The notes under the pieces were generated by a model. It ran no database searches and was not told the origin of the DNA. It was given only the letters and a program-made list of their open reading frames with translations. Shown here piece after piece: positions 9,128-17,661 of a stretch of DNA of 64,000 bases (the first letter of the stretch is position 1; every line of letters starts with the position of its first letter). The stretch spans positions 4,211-68,210 of IMG/VR virus record IMGVR_UViG_3300025009_001990; one strand, 5' to 3'. A program made the translations under genes and the position numbers. Source of the stretch: a virus.

Positions 9128-10852
9128 TTAGTTTTCCTTTGTTATTTTTTGAAGCAGTGCTGAAAGAAGATTTATATCATCGACTTTCTTTCCATCAAGA
9201 ATAGCGGCAAGTATTTTTCTTTTATTGTCGAGCAATTCCGCTATATCTTCCTCTATTGTTCCGGCGGCAAGCAAATAATATGCTGTTACTGAATCGGCTT
9301 CTTGTCCAATCCTATGTGGCCTTGCTTCGGCCTGGTCGTGTTCACCTGGCGTCCACCACAATTCAAGAAAGCATGTTGCATGAGCTGCTGTTAACGTAAT
9401 CCCCTCTTTTGCTGATCTTGAACCGATGAATACTTTACACTCAGGATCATTTTGAAACCGATCCACAGCGGCTTGTCTATCTTTCAAACTCGTATTCCCA
9501 TAAACAAGTACAGCAGCTTTCTGAAAGTGTTCAAATACTTTTTCGAGAATAGTATGATGCTCTCCAAACACAATGAGTTTTTCCCCGCTTTCAATATAGT
9601 TTTCAATCCATTCAAGTGCTAAATCCATTTTGAGTTCAGCGGTTAACTGTTTTGCTTTTTCGATAACAGCAAGATGTTCAGCCTCATTTTCTTTTAATTC
9701 TTCTCTGATTCTCGAAAGGATTTTCTCATATTTATTCAAATCAATTTCAAGAGGGACAACAGTTCTGATTAATGGGGGAAGGTCTTTTAAAACATCTTTT
9801 TTTAATCTTCTAATCATTATTGATTGAGTAAGAAGTTTGTGAAATTCCTTTTTATTTGATGCTCCAGTTACGTTCCAACCGTATCCATCCCATTTTCTGT
9901 CGCAATATCGTTTCGTGAACTGCCACCAATCAGGAATAATATGTTTGTTAACCATTCGAATAACCCCGTAATATTCGATAGGCCGATTTACAATAGGAGT
10001 TCCCGACATGGGAATTACATGGCTTGCTGATTTCGTTAATTCCTCTGCTGCAATAGTTCGCCCTGCTGATGGATTCTTCAAATAGTGTGATTCGTCAAAT
10101 ACGATTGTTTTTATATTCAGATCTTTTATTTGTGAATTTAATTGATAAAGTTTTCCTTTACCTTTACAGTTATTGCATTTTATTCCATGTTGTTTTTTCG
10201 TTCCGTTGCATATCGGACAGGTAATGGATTCATGAATTATATCATAGTTTACAATATAGATATCCTGTCTGTTTCCTCCTGGGAAAGTTGTGAATTTCTT
10301 TTTATTTTTCCCTTCAATTATTACTGGTTCAAGATCGGTAAATTTTAATGCTTCTCTGGCCCAATTCAATTTTAGGCTTGAAGGGCAAATGATAAGAGCC
10401 GGGAGAACAGTTTTTTTATTTAGATGAATCCAACCGAGAGCTTGAATTGTTTTTCCAAGTCCCATTTCATCCCCTATAATTGCTCTCCCTTTTTTTTGTT
10501 CGAGAAATTGAATTCCCTCTTTTTGAAAAGGGTAGAGGTCAATTCGAAGGCCAGGAACAGAAAAATTAGTTGAAAGAGATGGAACTTTTTCTTTCTGAAT
10601 AGATATCCACTTGTTCAATTTTCTTCCGAAAACAAAGCCAAGTTTTTGTAAATTGCTACAAACGAAAGTATCAACGGGGATTCTCCAACTTTTGTTTTCT
10701 TTATTCCATTTTCTTCCCGGAAACGTTTTAATTTCCTCAATCAGATTAGGATTGTACGGAAATTTGACTTCAATCATCCCTTCTCTTCTGATCAATTCGG
10801 CAGAAAGAATATTTTGAAGGTTTTTCCGATTCAGCGGCAGGTTTGTTTTCAT
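9128..10852 (-). CDS. SNF2-family helicase (start may be ATG 10777)
   Basis: DEMGLGKT, FDESH, SGTP, MIRRLK and QAEARPHRIGQ motifs. Confidence 0.92.
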   Translation of the reverse strand: MKTNLPLNRKNLQNILSAELIRREGMIEVKFPYNPNLIEEIKTFPGRKWNKENKSWRIPVDTFVCSNLQKLGFVFGRKLNKWISIQKEKVPSLSTNFSVPGLRIDLYPFQKEGIQFLEQKKGRAIIGDEMGLGKTIQALGWIHLNKKTVLPALIICPSSLKLNWAREALKFTDLEPVIIEGKNKKKFTTFPGGNRQDIYIVNYDIIHESITCPICNGTKKQHGIKCNNCKGKGKLYQLNSQIKDLNIKTIVFDESHYLKNPSAGRTIAAEELTKSASHVIPMSGTPIVNRPIEYYGVIRMVNKHIIPDWWQFTKRYCDRKWDGYGWNVTGASNKKEFHKLLTQSIMIRRLKKDVLKDLPPLIRTVVPLEIDLNKYEKILSRIREELKENEAEHLAVIEKAKQLTAELKMDLALEWIENYIESGEKLIVFGEHHTILEKVFEHFQKAAVLVYGNTSLKDRQAAVDRFQNDPECKVFIGSRSAKEGITLTAAHATCFLELWWTPGEHDQAEARPHRIGQEADSVTAYYLLAAGTIEEDIAELLDNKRKILAAILDGKKVDDINLLSALLQKITKEN

Positions 10853-11137
10853 ACGGGGAAATAGAAAGAATTTGACCGTGATATTTTGGAAGGAGCTTTT
10901 TCAAAGAAAGTATTTGTTTTTCTGTCAACCTTCCTCTTTTTCGATATTGATCAACGAGAGATGAACAAAAACAGAATCGGTTGAATTAAAACCCATCCCG
11001 TTTTGATATTTAGTAGAAAATTCTTGTTGTTCATCTGGTGTTTGAAAAGAATGAAGGATCAGCATTGCTCCAATAGCATATTCGTCTTTTTGAATAGCTG
11101 ATTTGAAGGTGTCTGATGTGGGAGTTTGAATGTTCAT
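10770..11137 (-). pseudogene. Small phage gene apparently interrupted by a 1-nt frameshift
   Basis: The 70-aa ORF reads ..GFNSTDSVF; shifting -1 at the T5 run (10967-10971) continues CSSLVDQYRKRGRLTEKQI..PKYHGQ to TGA at 10770, which overlaps the SNF2 ATG at 10777. Confidence 0.5.
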
Positions 11138-11210
11138 TTGAATTTCCTTTTGTCTGTATATAAACAGGTCAGGAGGTATTTATTTATTATAGTCTGTTTG
11201 ATAATAAAAG

Positions 11211-11744
11211 TTAAGAATTTTTTAACATCTCCTCTATTTCATGAACTGCCTTCCAATATCGCGGCCATTTCCACAATAATGTTTCTCGGCAGTGTTCTTT
11301 TAAATCTCTTCTAATATCTCTTTTGTTGCAAGTTGTCGGAATCGGCCATTTTGTTCTTTTTGATTCTATTCCAACATTTTGAAAAATACATCTGATTATC
11401 GTCTTAGCATCTTTAGAGAGATGTTGAATATTGTCTTTGAATTCAACAAGTTTACAAGGATCTTCTACCCCATCAATTCCAAGTGCTTCTTCTATTTCGA
11501 TAAAACAATTTGGATGCGGGTGAATTTTATGATTATTTCTGTTCATCTTTTGTAAAAGTAAATTGTGGTATAGCCAGGTGCAAAACTTTCCCTTTTTTGG
11601 ATCATGAGTTTTGCAGGCTTTTACAAAAGGTTCATGTCCATCACCATTCAAAAAAGCCTGTCTTCCAAGGATTTTACATATTAATCCCTGGAAGTTTTCG
11701 TATTTAGGCGGTTCACATTTTAAGGGAAATTTTGTTCTTTTCAT
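11211..11744 (-). CDS. Hypothetical protein, possibly a degenerate sigma-70-like regulator
   Basis: FVKACKTHDPKKGKFCTWLY resembles sigma region 2.3-2.4; LSKDAKTII resembles the start of region 4. Confidence 0.45.
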   Translation of the reverse strand: MKRTKFPLKCEPPKYENFQGLICKILGRQAFLNGDGHEPFVKACKTHDPKKGKFCTWLYHNLLLQKMNRNNHKIHPHPNCFIEIEEALGIDGVEDPCKLVEFKDNIQHLSKDAKTIIRCIFQNVGIESKRTKWPIPTTCNKRDIRRDLKEHCRETLLWKWPRYWKAVHEIEEMLKNS

Positions 11745-11923
11745 CTTTTTACTCGTTCGAAAAGCCTTTTTAGGGACAGGCGGGTGGAATCGGTTTTAGA
11801 ATCATAGGAAATATTATCGATAGACCAACTAGCGTGTTTAGATAAATAGAAATCTCCGATTGAAAAAAACCAAACAAAATCTCCTTCAATTATGAAAATC
11901 TGTTTGTATTGTGTTCTTTTCAT
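11741..11923 (-). CDS. Hypothetical protein
   Basis: Strong AAGGAGG RBS; ATGA overlap with the next gene. Confidence 0.6.
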   Translation of the reverse strand: MKRTQYKQIFIIEGDFVWFFSIGDFYLSKHASWSIDNISYDSKTDSTRLSLKRLFERVKR

Positions 11924-11944
11924 AATATTCCTCCTTATATTTGT

Positions 11945-12001
11945 TTAACCACTCAACTTCCGGCTGGGATATTTCTACCCCAGCCTTGGTTCAGGGGTTA
12001 A
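11945..12001 (-). ncRNA. Structured intergenic RNA motif, copy 1
   Basis: UUAACC-CCUGAACCAA-GGCUGGG/CCCAGCC-GGAAGUUGAGU-GGUUAA; a second copy at about 13040-13093 shows covariation. Confidence 0.55.
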
Positions 12002-12795
12002 GAAATCATTTGGATAACAAGGTTAATGATTTTTACACATTTTTCGTAATCTTTACAGAGGTTTTTATATACTTTTGATTCAAGAATTTCAGGCCACTCT
12101 TGAATTGTATGTAATTTGCAACCTACTTGGATATAATTACAATATGCTGTTATATTCCATTCGCAGGCGTTTATCATACATATTGGTGAAATTTTTATTT
12201 CAGCATCTCCGGACACCTGAGCATTTCCGTGCACCTGAGCATCTCCGTACACCCAAGCATCTCCGGACACCTGAGCATTTCCGGACACCCGAGCATTTCC
12301 GTACACCCAAGCATCTCCGTACACCTGAGCATTTCCGTACACCTGAGCATCTCCGTACACCTGAGCATCTCCGGACACCCAAGCATTTCCGGACACCTGA
12401 GTATTTCCGTGCACCCAAGCATCTCCGTACACCTGAGCATCTCCGTACACCTGAGCATTTCCGTGCACCTGAGCATTTCCGTACACCTGAGCATCTCCGT
12501 ACACCTGAGCATCTCCGTACACCTGAGCATTTCCGTGCACCTGAGCATCTCCGTACACCCAAGCATCTCCGGACACCTGAGCATTTCCGGACACCTGAGC
12601 ATTTCCGTGCACCCAAGCATCTCCGTACACCTGAGCATTTCCGTGCACCCAAGCATTTTCAATTTGAGAAAGATTTGATTCTTTTTCGATCAAACCACCA
12701 AGATCTCCAATTTTTATATCAAATTTAGAGATATTAATGAGGGATTTAATTCTAAACATTCCATTTTCTTGCGGAATCATTTCGTATTTTTTCAT
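11998..12795 (-). CDS. Hexapeptide-repeat (left-handed beta-helix-like) phage protein
   Basis: About 25 repeats of (N/D)A(Q/W)V(Y/H/S)G; N-terminal GDLGGLIEKESNL and C-terminal IQVGCKLHT. Confidence 0.85.
   Translation of the reverse strand: MKKYEMIPQENGMFRIKSLINISKFDIKIGDLGGLIEKESNLSQIENAWVHGNAQVYGDAWVHGNAQVSGNAQVSGDAWVYGDAQVHGNAQVYGDAQVYGDAQVYGNAQVHGNAQVYGDAQVYGDAWVHGNTQVSGNAWVSGDAQVYGDAQVYGNAQVYGDAWVYGNARVSGNAQVSGDAWVYGDAQVHGNAQVSGDAEIKISPICMINACEWNITAYCNYIQVGCKLHTIQEWPEILESKVYKNLCKDYEKCVKIINLVIQMIS
12202..12657. repeat. Coding 18-bp tandem repeat
   Basis: Variants of GCATCTCCGTACACCTGA in tandem, with no spacers. Confidence 0.9.
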
Positions 12796-12806
12796 GATGT
12801 TCTCCT

Positions 12807-13010
12807 TTAGTTTTGGTTGGTCAGCAATTGCCGATATGCCTCGTTTTCCGTTATGTGCTGGAAGTCAGAAAGAATCTCGACCGCTTCAGAAATCATACCT
12901 GAATTATACAATCGTTGACAGTGCTTGATGGTTCCTTTCAGTAAGTCCTGATTGAAAGCAACTCGATGTCTGTTTACCCGTGCTCTTTGTTCTGATGTGA
13001 GTTCCAACAT
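12807..13010 (-). CDS. Hypothetical early protein
   Basis: GGAGG RBS; 67 aa. Confidence 0.65.
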   Translation of the reverse strand: MLELTSEQRARVNRHRVAFNQDLLKGTIKHCQRLYNSGMISEAVEILSDFQHITENEAYRQLLTNQN

Positions 13011-13039
13011 GATTGACCTCCAATTGGTTTAGATTCTGT

Positions 13040-13093
13040 TTAACCACTTAACTACTAGCCGGAGGGAAACTTCCAGCTTTGGTTCAGGGATTA
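13040..13093 (-). ncRNA. Structured intergenic RNA motif, copy 2
   Basis: UUAAUC-CCUGAACCAA-AGCUGGA/UCCGGCU-AGUAGUUAAGU-GGUUAA. Confidence 0.55.
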
Positions 13094-13138
13094 AGCATTT
13101 TTGTTTTTAAACATTCGTTCAGTTGAAAAAAGATAGGT

Positions 13139-13354
13139 TTATTGACTCCATCCGTTTGGATTCCAGTTTTCAACCGTAACTCCATTTCTCCTAAACTGAA
13201 CAACAAGAGATGTTCCTTGCCAATAATACCCGATATATTCCGCCTTTAATTTAGTGGCGATTGCTTTTGCTTTTCGTTCAGCGGATTTGCTTATTGGTCT
13301 CATATCATCCTCCTGCCCGGATTCCGCCGGGCTAGGTTGTTTGTATTTATTCAA
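13139..13354 (-). CDS. Hypothetical early protein
   Basis: Overlaps the upstream stop; alternative start at MRPIS with a GGAGG RBS. Confidence 0.6.
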   Translation of the reverse strand: MNKYKQPSPAESGQEDDMRPISKSAERKAKAIATKLKAEYIGYYWQGTSLVVQFRRNGVTVENWNPNGWSQ

Positions 13355-13607
13355 TAATCTTGACTCTCTGAAGAGTTTTTTGAGTAGTTACTATTGCATG
13401 AATATCAATTTCTTTATTGTGCCAGTTTGAGAAACTGTATTTCCACGCGGCAGCTTCATTAAACCATTTGTAAATAACGTCATTTATTTTAAAATAGACA
13501 CAACCAGCCTCAAATGGACAATTACTAGATCTCATTTCCGAACCAGTACCGTTTATAACCGCTTTACCAGAAAATCTTATCTTTCCATCACTTAATTTAT
13601 CATTCAT
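13347..13607 (-). CDS. Hypothetical protein, first gene of the leftward operon
   Basis: AAGGGG RBS directly 3' of the hammerhead. Confidence 0.65.
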   Translation of the reverse strand: MNDKLSDGKIRFSGKAVINGTGSEMRSSNCPFEAGCVYFKINDVIYKWFNEAAAWKYSFSNWHNKEIDIHAIVTTQKTLQRVKIIE

Positions 13608-13623
13608 GGTGAATCCCCTTATT

Positions 13624-13677
13624 TAGTGTTTCGCCCTGAATGGGCTCGTCAGTTTGATTTACAAATCAAAGACACTA
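13624..13677 (-). ncRNA. Type III hammerhead ribozyme
   Basis: UAGUGUC^UUUGAUU-UGUA-AAUCAAA-CUGACGA-GCCC-AUUCA-GGGC-GAAACACUA: complete CUGANGA/GAAA core, GUC cleavage triplet, stems I-III fully paired. Confidence 0.9.
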
Positions 13678-13778
13678 TTTTCGTCATCTGGTAGAGCGCT
13701 CTGCAACTACCAGACCATCTCCACCCTTCGGGTTCTCCTTTAAGTTCCCCCTTTCCTCTCTTCTCCTCTATATACTTA

Positions 13779-13807
13779 ACTATAAGCTTTCTGTTGATGG
13801 AAGTAAA
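13779..13807 (-). promoter_or_regulatory. Sigma70-like early promoter TTTACT-N17-TATAGT
   Basis: 17-nt spacing; lies at the head of the leftward operon in the divergent intergenic region. Confidence 0.6.
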
Positions 13808-13858
13808 GAAAAATCTTAACGTTTTTAACGAATTTAATATAAATAAATTCTTTAAAGC

Positions 13859-13882
13859 AATCAACAACTTAACTGCTTGATA
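13859..13882. promoter_or_regulatory. Two inverted IHF-consensus sites
   Basis: AATCAACAACTTA (+, 13859-13871) and TATCAAGCAGTTA (-, 13870-13882) both match WATCAANNNNTTR. Confidence 0.5.
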
Positions 13883-13994
13883 TAAAAAATAATTTTCCCT
13901 ACAACTTCAATCACTTAAAAACTAGGGGCTTTTCTTTTCAGAAATTTCTCTTTATAATAAGTAGTATACATAAACCTATACCCAATAACCAACT

Positions 13995-14594
13995 ATGAAA
14001 CGGACCAAACCACCAATCAAACAACCCAAGAAAAAAGCGAAGAGGCAAAGACGTCAAAGAAACCTCTTGGGGATAGAACATAGCTACTTTGGTACAGAAC
14101 TCTGGAGAGTATGTGATTGGAATGATGCAGGAAGGCCAAAAGTGTTTAATTCCCCTAACGAGATGATGGTCGCTTGCAACAAGTACTTCCAGTGGGTCGC
14201 AGAAAACAGCTTGATGGAAGAAAAAACGGTTGGACAGTATATGGGAAAAGTACTTACCCATAAGAGTTCGAAGATGAGAGCAATGACCATACGAGGTATG
14301 TGTGTGTTTATTGGGATTACTACAATGACATGGGGAGAATACAGAAAAAAACCTGAATTTTCTTATATTGTACAAAAAGTGGAAACAATCATATACGAAC
14401 AGAAGTTCACGGGTGCTGCTGCTGGATTGTTGAGAACAGATATCATCGCAAAGGAACTGGGGTTGATAGATCGACAGGACATTACCTCTGGAGATAGACC
14501 AATTCAAGGAACATCAGTTGAAGTGACGATGAATATGAATGTGAAGGAAGCCGAAAGAGCATATAAGCAGATGTTGAAGGATGAAATAAATTGA
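13995..14594 (+). CDS. Terminase small subunit (P22 gp3-like)
   Basis: GRPKVF, RAMTIRGMC and YEQKFTGAAAGLL..IIAKELGL segments; directly upstream of TerL. Confidence 0.85.
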   Translation: MKRTKPPIKQPKKKAKRQRRQRNLLGIEHSYFGTELWRVCDWNDAGRPKVFNSPNEMMVACNKYFQWVAENSLMEEKTVGQYMGKVLTHKSSKMRAMTIRGMCVFIGITTMTWGEYRKKPEFSYIVQKVETIIYEQKFTGAAAGLLRTDIIAKELGLIDRQDITSGDRPIQGTSVEVTMNMNVKEAERAYKQMLKDEIN

Positions 14595-16252
14595 CAAGTA
14601 TTGCCCCTAATATGTGGCCACCTAATTACGTGGCTGAATTTGTTTCCCGGTACAATAGGATAAAACAAATGAGGGATAATCCTGTTTTGATTGTTGGGGC
14701 AAAAGAATATTATTCACATCCTGAGAATTGGGTCGAGTTCATTCAACATTGGATGATTACATACGATCCTCGAAACAGCAAAACAAAAGATCTCCCCTCC
14801 ACTATCCCTTTTATTTTCTTTCCAAGACAAAAACAATTTTTTAATTTTCTGCTTTCGTGTTGGCAAGATGGTGAAAATGGATTAGTTGAAAAATGTAGAG
14901 ATATGGGAGCAACTTGGGAATGTTGCTCTTTTGCTGTTTGTATGTGGCTATTCTCTGAAGGATCGTCGGCAGGATTTGGAAGCAGAAAAGAACAGCTTGT
15001 TGATAAGATTGGTGACCCCGATTCGATATTTCAAAAGATTCGAATGCTTATTGATAATATTCCAACTTTTTTTCTTCCTGAAGGGTTTAATCAAAAGATC
15101 CATTCCTCTTATATGAAGTTGATAAATCCTGAGAATGGAGCAACGATAACAGGAGAAGCAGGAGATAATATTGGAAGGGGTGGAAGAAAGTCAATTTATT
15201 TTAAGGATGAATCTGCCCATTACGAAAGGCCAGAATTGATTGAAGCCGCTCTTGGAGATAATACTGATTGTCAGATCGATATATCCTCCGTAAACGGAAC
15301 CGCTAATGTATTTGCCCGTAAAAGACAAAGCGGAGTTGTTTGGGATGGAATAAATCAAATAGAAAGGGGACAAACAAGGGTATTCATATTTGATTGGAGA
15401 GATCATCCGGCTAAAACTCAAGAATGGCATGATCGAAGAAGGGACAAAGCCGAACGGGAAGGACTCCTTCATATATTCGCTCAAGAAGTTGAGCGGGATT
15501 ATTCAGCGGCTGTAGAGGGTATTCTCATTCCCGCACAATGGGTACAGTCCGCTGTTGATCTCGACAAGCGATTTCCTAAATTTGCTGCTTTGATGAAACA
15601 TGGTCAGATATTTTCTGCTTTGGATGTCGCTGACGAAGGTGGGGATCTTAATTCACAGGCAGATAGAAAAGGGATTACATTGATTGGGCTTGATAAGTGG
15701 GCTCAGGGGGATACGGGTGAGACTGCGAATAAAGCGGTAATGAGATGCAGGATGATTCGAGCGGCAGAATTGTTTTATGATTGTATTGGGGTTGGAAGTG
15801 GAATAAAGGCTGAAACAAATAGATTGAAACGCGAAAATATATTGCCAGCCAATTTGAAAGTTATTCCATGGAATGCTGCCGATTCAGTAAATAATCCTAA
15901 TGGACATTCAATTCAAGGAGATAACGAAAGTCCGCTGAATAAAGATTTGTATAAGAATTTAAAAGCGCAAGGTTGGTGGAATTTAAGGACTCGTTTTGAA
16001 AAGACATGGAGATTTGTAACGAAAGGCACTCAATACCCTATGTCTGAATTGATAAATATACCATCAGATATAAATCATTTTAACGAATTGATATCAGAAT
16101 TAAGTCAACCGACATATTCTCATAATTCTGAAGGGAAAATAATTGTAGATAAAAAACCAGACGGAACAAGAAGTCCTAATTTGGCTGATTCTGTGAATAT
16201 GGTATATTGGCCTGTTGAATCGACAAAACAAGCAGGAGTATGGGGACGATGA
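14591..16252 (+). CDS. Terminase large subunit
   Basis: FPRQ Q-motif, KCRDMGATW, GRGGR, YFKDE (Walker B), LDVADEGGD nuclease motif and SPNLADS. Confidence 0.92.
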   Translation: MTSIAPNMWPPNYVAEFVSRYNRIKQMRDNPVLIVGAKEYYSHPENWVEFIQHWMITYDPRNSKTKDLPSTIPFIFFPRQKQFFNFLLSCWQDGENGLVEKCRDMGATWECCSFAVCMWLFSEGSSAGFGSRKEQLVDKIGDPDSIFQKIRMLIDNIPTFFLPEGFNQKIHSSYMKLINPENGATITGEAGDNIGRGGRKSIYFKDESAHYERPELIEAALGDNTDCQIDISSVNGTANVFARKRQSGVVWDGINQIERGQTRVFIFDWRDHPAKTQEWHDRRRDKAEREGLLHIFAQEVERDYSAAVEGILIPAQWVQSAVDLDKRFPKFAALMKHGQIFSALDVADEGGDLNSQADRKGITLIGLDKWAQGDTGETANKAVMRCRMIRAAELFYDCIGVGSGIKAETNRLKRENILPANLKVIPWNAADSVNNPNGHSIQGDNESPLNKDLYKNLKAQGWWNLRTRFEKTWRFVTKGTQYPMSELINIPSDINHFNELISELSQPTYSHNSEGKIIVDKKPDGTRSPNLADSVNMVYWPVESTKQAGVWGR

Positions 16253-17661
16253 AAAGAACTAAGGGGATACAACTTACTTCTGCCGAAAAAGATGAACAGT
16301 TGAGGCGGAATTTATTATACAGGGTATTGGCTACGAGTATATTGGGATCAAGGACATCATACGGCGGAACTCAAACATTTGGCGGATTGAGGGATGTTTC
16401 ATCAGCTCTCGGATATCCTCTGTTGGATGGAATTAAATATGCTGACTATTACTATCGATTCAGACGGCAGGATGTTGCGAATGTAATAATCACAAAACCT
16501 GTAGAATCGAGCTGGGAACGATTTCCAGTGCTACATGCATGGGAAGATAAGGAAGACACTTTTCGTTACGCCTGGGACGATTTCGAAAAGAAGAATCGAA
16601 TCTATTCTATTTTACAGCGTGCTGATGTAATATCCGGAATAGGGAGATACGGAGTTTTGTTGATGGGATTAAATGACGGAGCGGATTCTTTTGCTGTCCC
16701 TGTTACATCAGCATCAGAACTTTTGTATCTTCAACCTTTCTCTGAAGATAACGCAACAATAAAGAGTTTTGTAATAGATAAAAACAACCCTCGTTTTGGT
16801 CAACCTGAATTTTATTCTCTGAAATTGAACGACAATCCAGGATTGACAGGAGTTAGCACTTTTGAAATTATTGTTCATCATTCCAGAATTATTCATATAG
16901 CGGACAATCTTGTTGAGTCGAATATATACGGAATGCCAAGATTGGAAAAAGCATTTAACCGGCTTTTAAATCTTGAATTGATTGTTGGTGGTTCTGCCGA
17001 GATGTTTTGGCAAGGGGCGTTTCCCGGTTTAGCATTTCAAGCAAAAGACGGATTCACGATATCTGAAACTCAATTAACAGATTTACAGGAAGAAATAAAA
17101 AACTATGTACATCAGATGGAAAGGTACATGCGTCTTCAGGGGATGGATGTAAAGAGTCTTGCCCCTATTGTTGCTGATCCTTCCAAACATGTTGATGTAC
17201 AAATGAAGATGATCTCAATTGCAACTGGAATACCGAAGAGAATATTGGAGGGAAGTGAAAGGGGAGAATTAAGTTCTGATCAAGATTCACAGAATTGGGC
17301 AAAGAAATGTGACAACAGAAGAAAAACATACATTGAACCGTTTATCCTTCGAATGTTGATCGATAGATTGAACGAATTGGGGATATTTAAAACTCCTGAT
17401 GACGGATATACAATTGAGTGGCCTGACCTTCAAGATCCAAGCGAGAAAGACAGAGCGGAAGTCGGCAGAATAAGATCAGAGGCAATCAGCAAATACACTT
17501 CTTCCCCTGACGCGCAATTGATCATTTCTTTTGAATCGTTCCTTGAAGAGATAATGGAATTGAGTCCTGAAAAAGTCGAAAGGATTATGGAAGAGTCGAA
17601 AAACATTGTTCCCACTGAGCCTGATGGGGGAGGTGATGATGAAATTGAGACATTAAAATAA
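16249..17661 (+). CDS. Portal protein (DUF1073-like)
   Basis: Follows TerL with ATGA overlap; HHSRIIH and IATGIPKRILEGSERGELSS motifs. Confidence 0.85.
   Translation: MKRTKGIQLTSAEKDEQLRRNLLYRVLATSILGSRTSYGGTQTFGGLRDVSSALGYPLLDGIKYADYYYRFRRQDVANVIITKPVESSWERFPVLHAWEDKEDTFRYAWDDFEKKNRIYSILQRADVISGIGRYGVLLMGLNDGADSFAVPVTSASELLYLQPFSEDNATIKSFVIDKNNPRFGQPEFYSLKLNDNPGLTGVSTFEIIVHHSRIIHIADNLVESNIYGMPRLEKAFNRLLNLELIVGGSAEMFWQGAFPGLAFQAKDGFTISETQLTDLQEEIKNYVHQMERYMRLQGMDVKSLAPIVADPSKHVDVQMKMISIATGIPKRILEGSERGELSSDQDSQNWAKKCDNRRKTYIEPFILRMLIDRLNELGIFKTPDDGYTIEWPDLQDPSEKDRAEVGRIRSEAISKYTSSPDAQLIISFESFLEEIMELSPEKVERIMEESKNIVPTEPDGGGDDEIETLK

Noticed and set aside
12202-12657. CRISPR-like array
   Set aside because: Contiguous 18-bp units with no unique spacers, in frame within a protein; no cas genes. 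The overlapping repeat ORFs in other frames are by-products.
13649-13867. 72-aa minus-strand ORF in the control region
   Set aside because: No RBS; overlaps the promoter and ribozyme; likely spurious.
16249-17661. Anti-CBASS Acb1 label often attached to this family
   Set aside because: Size, position after TerL and motifs fit a portal; I saw no paired HxT/S phosphoesterase motifs.
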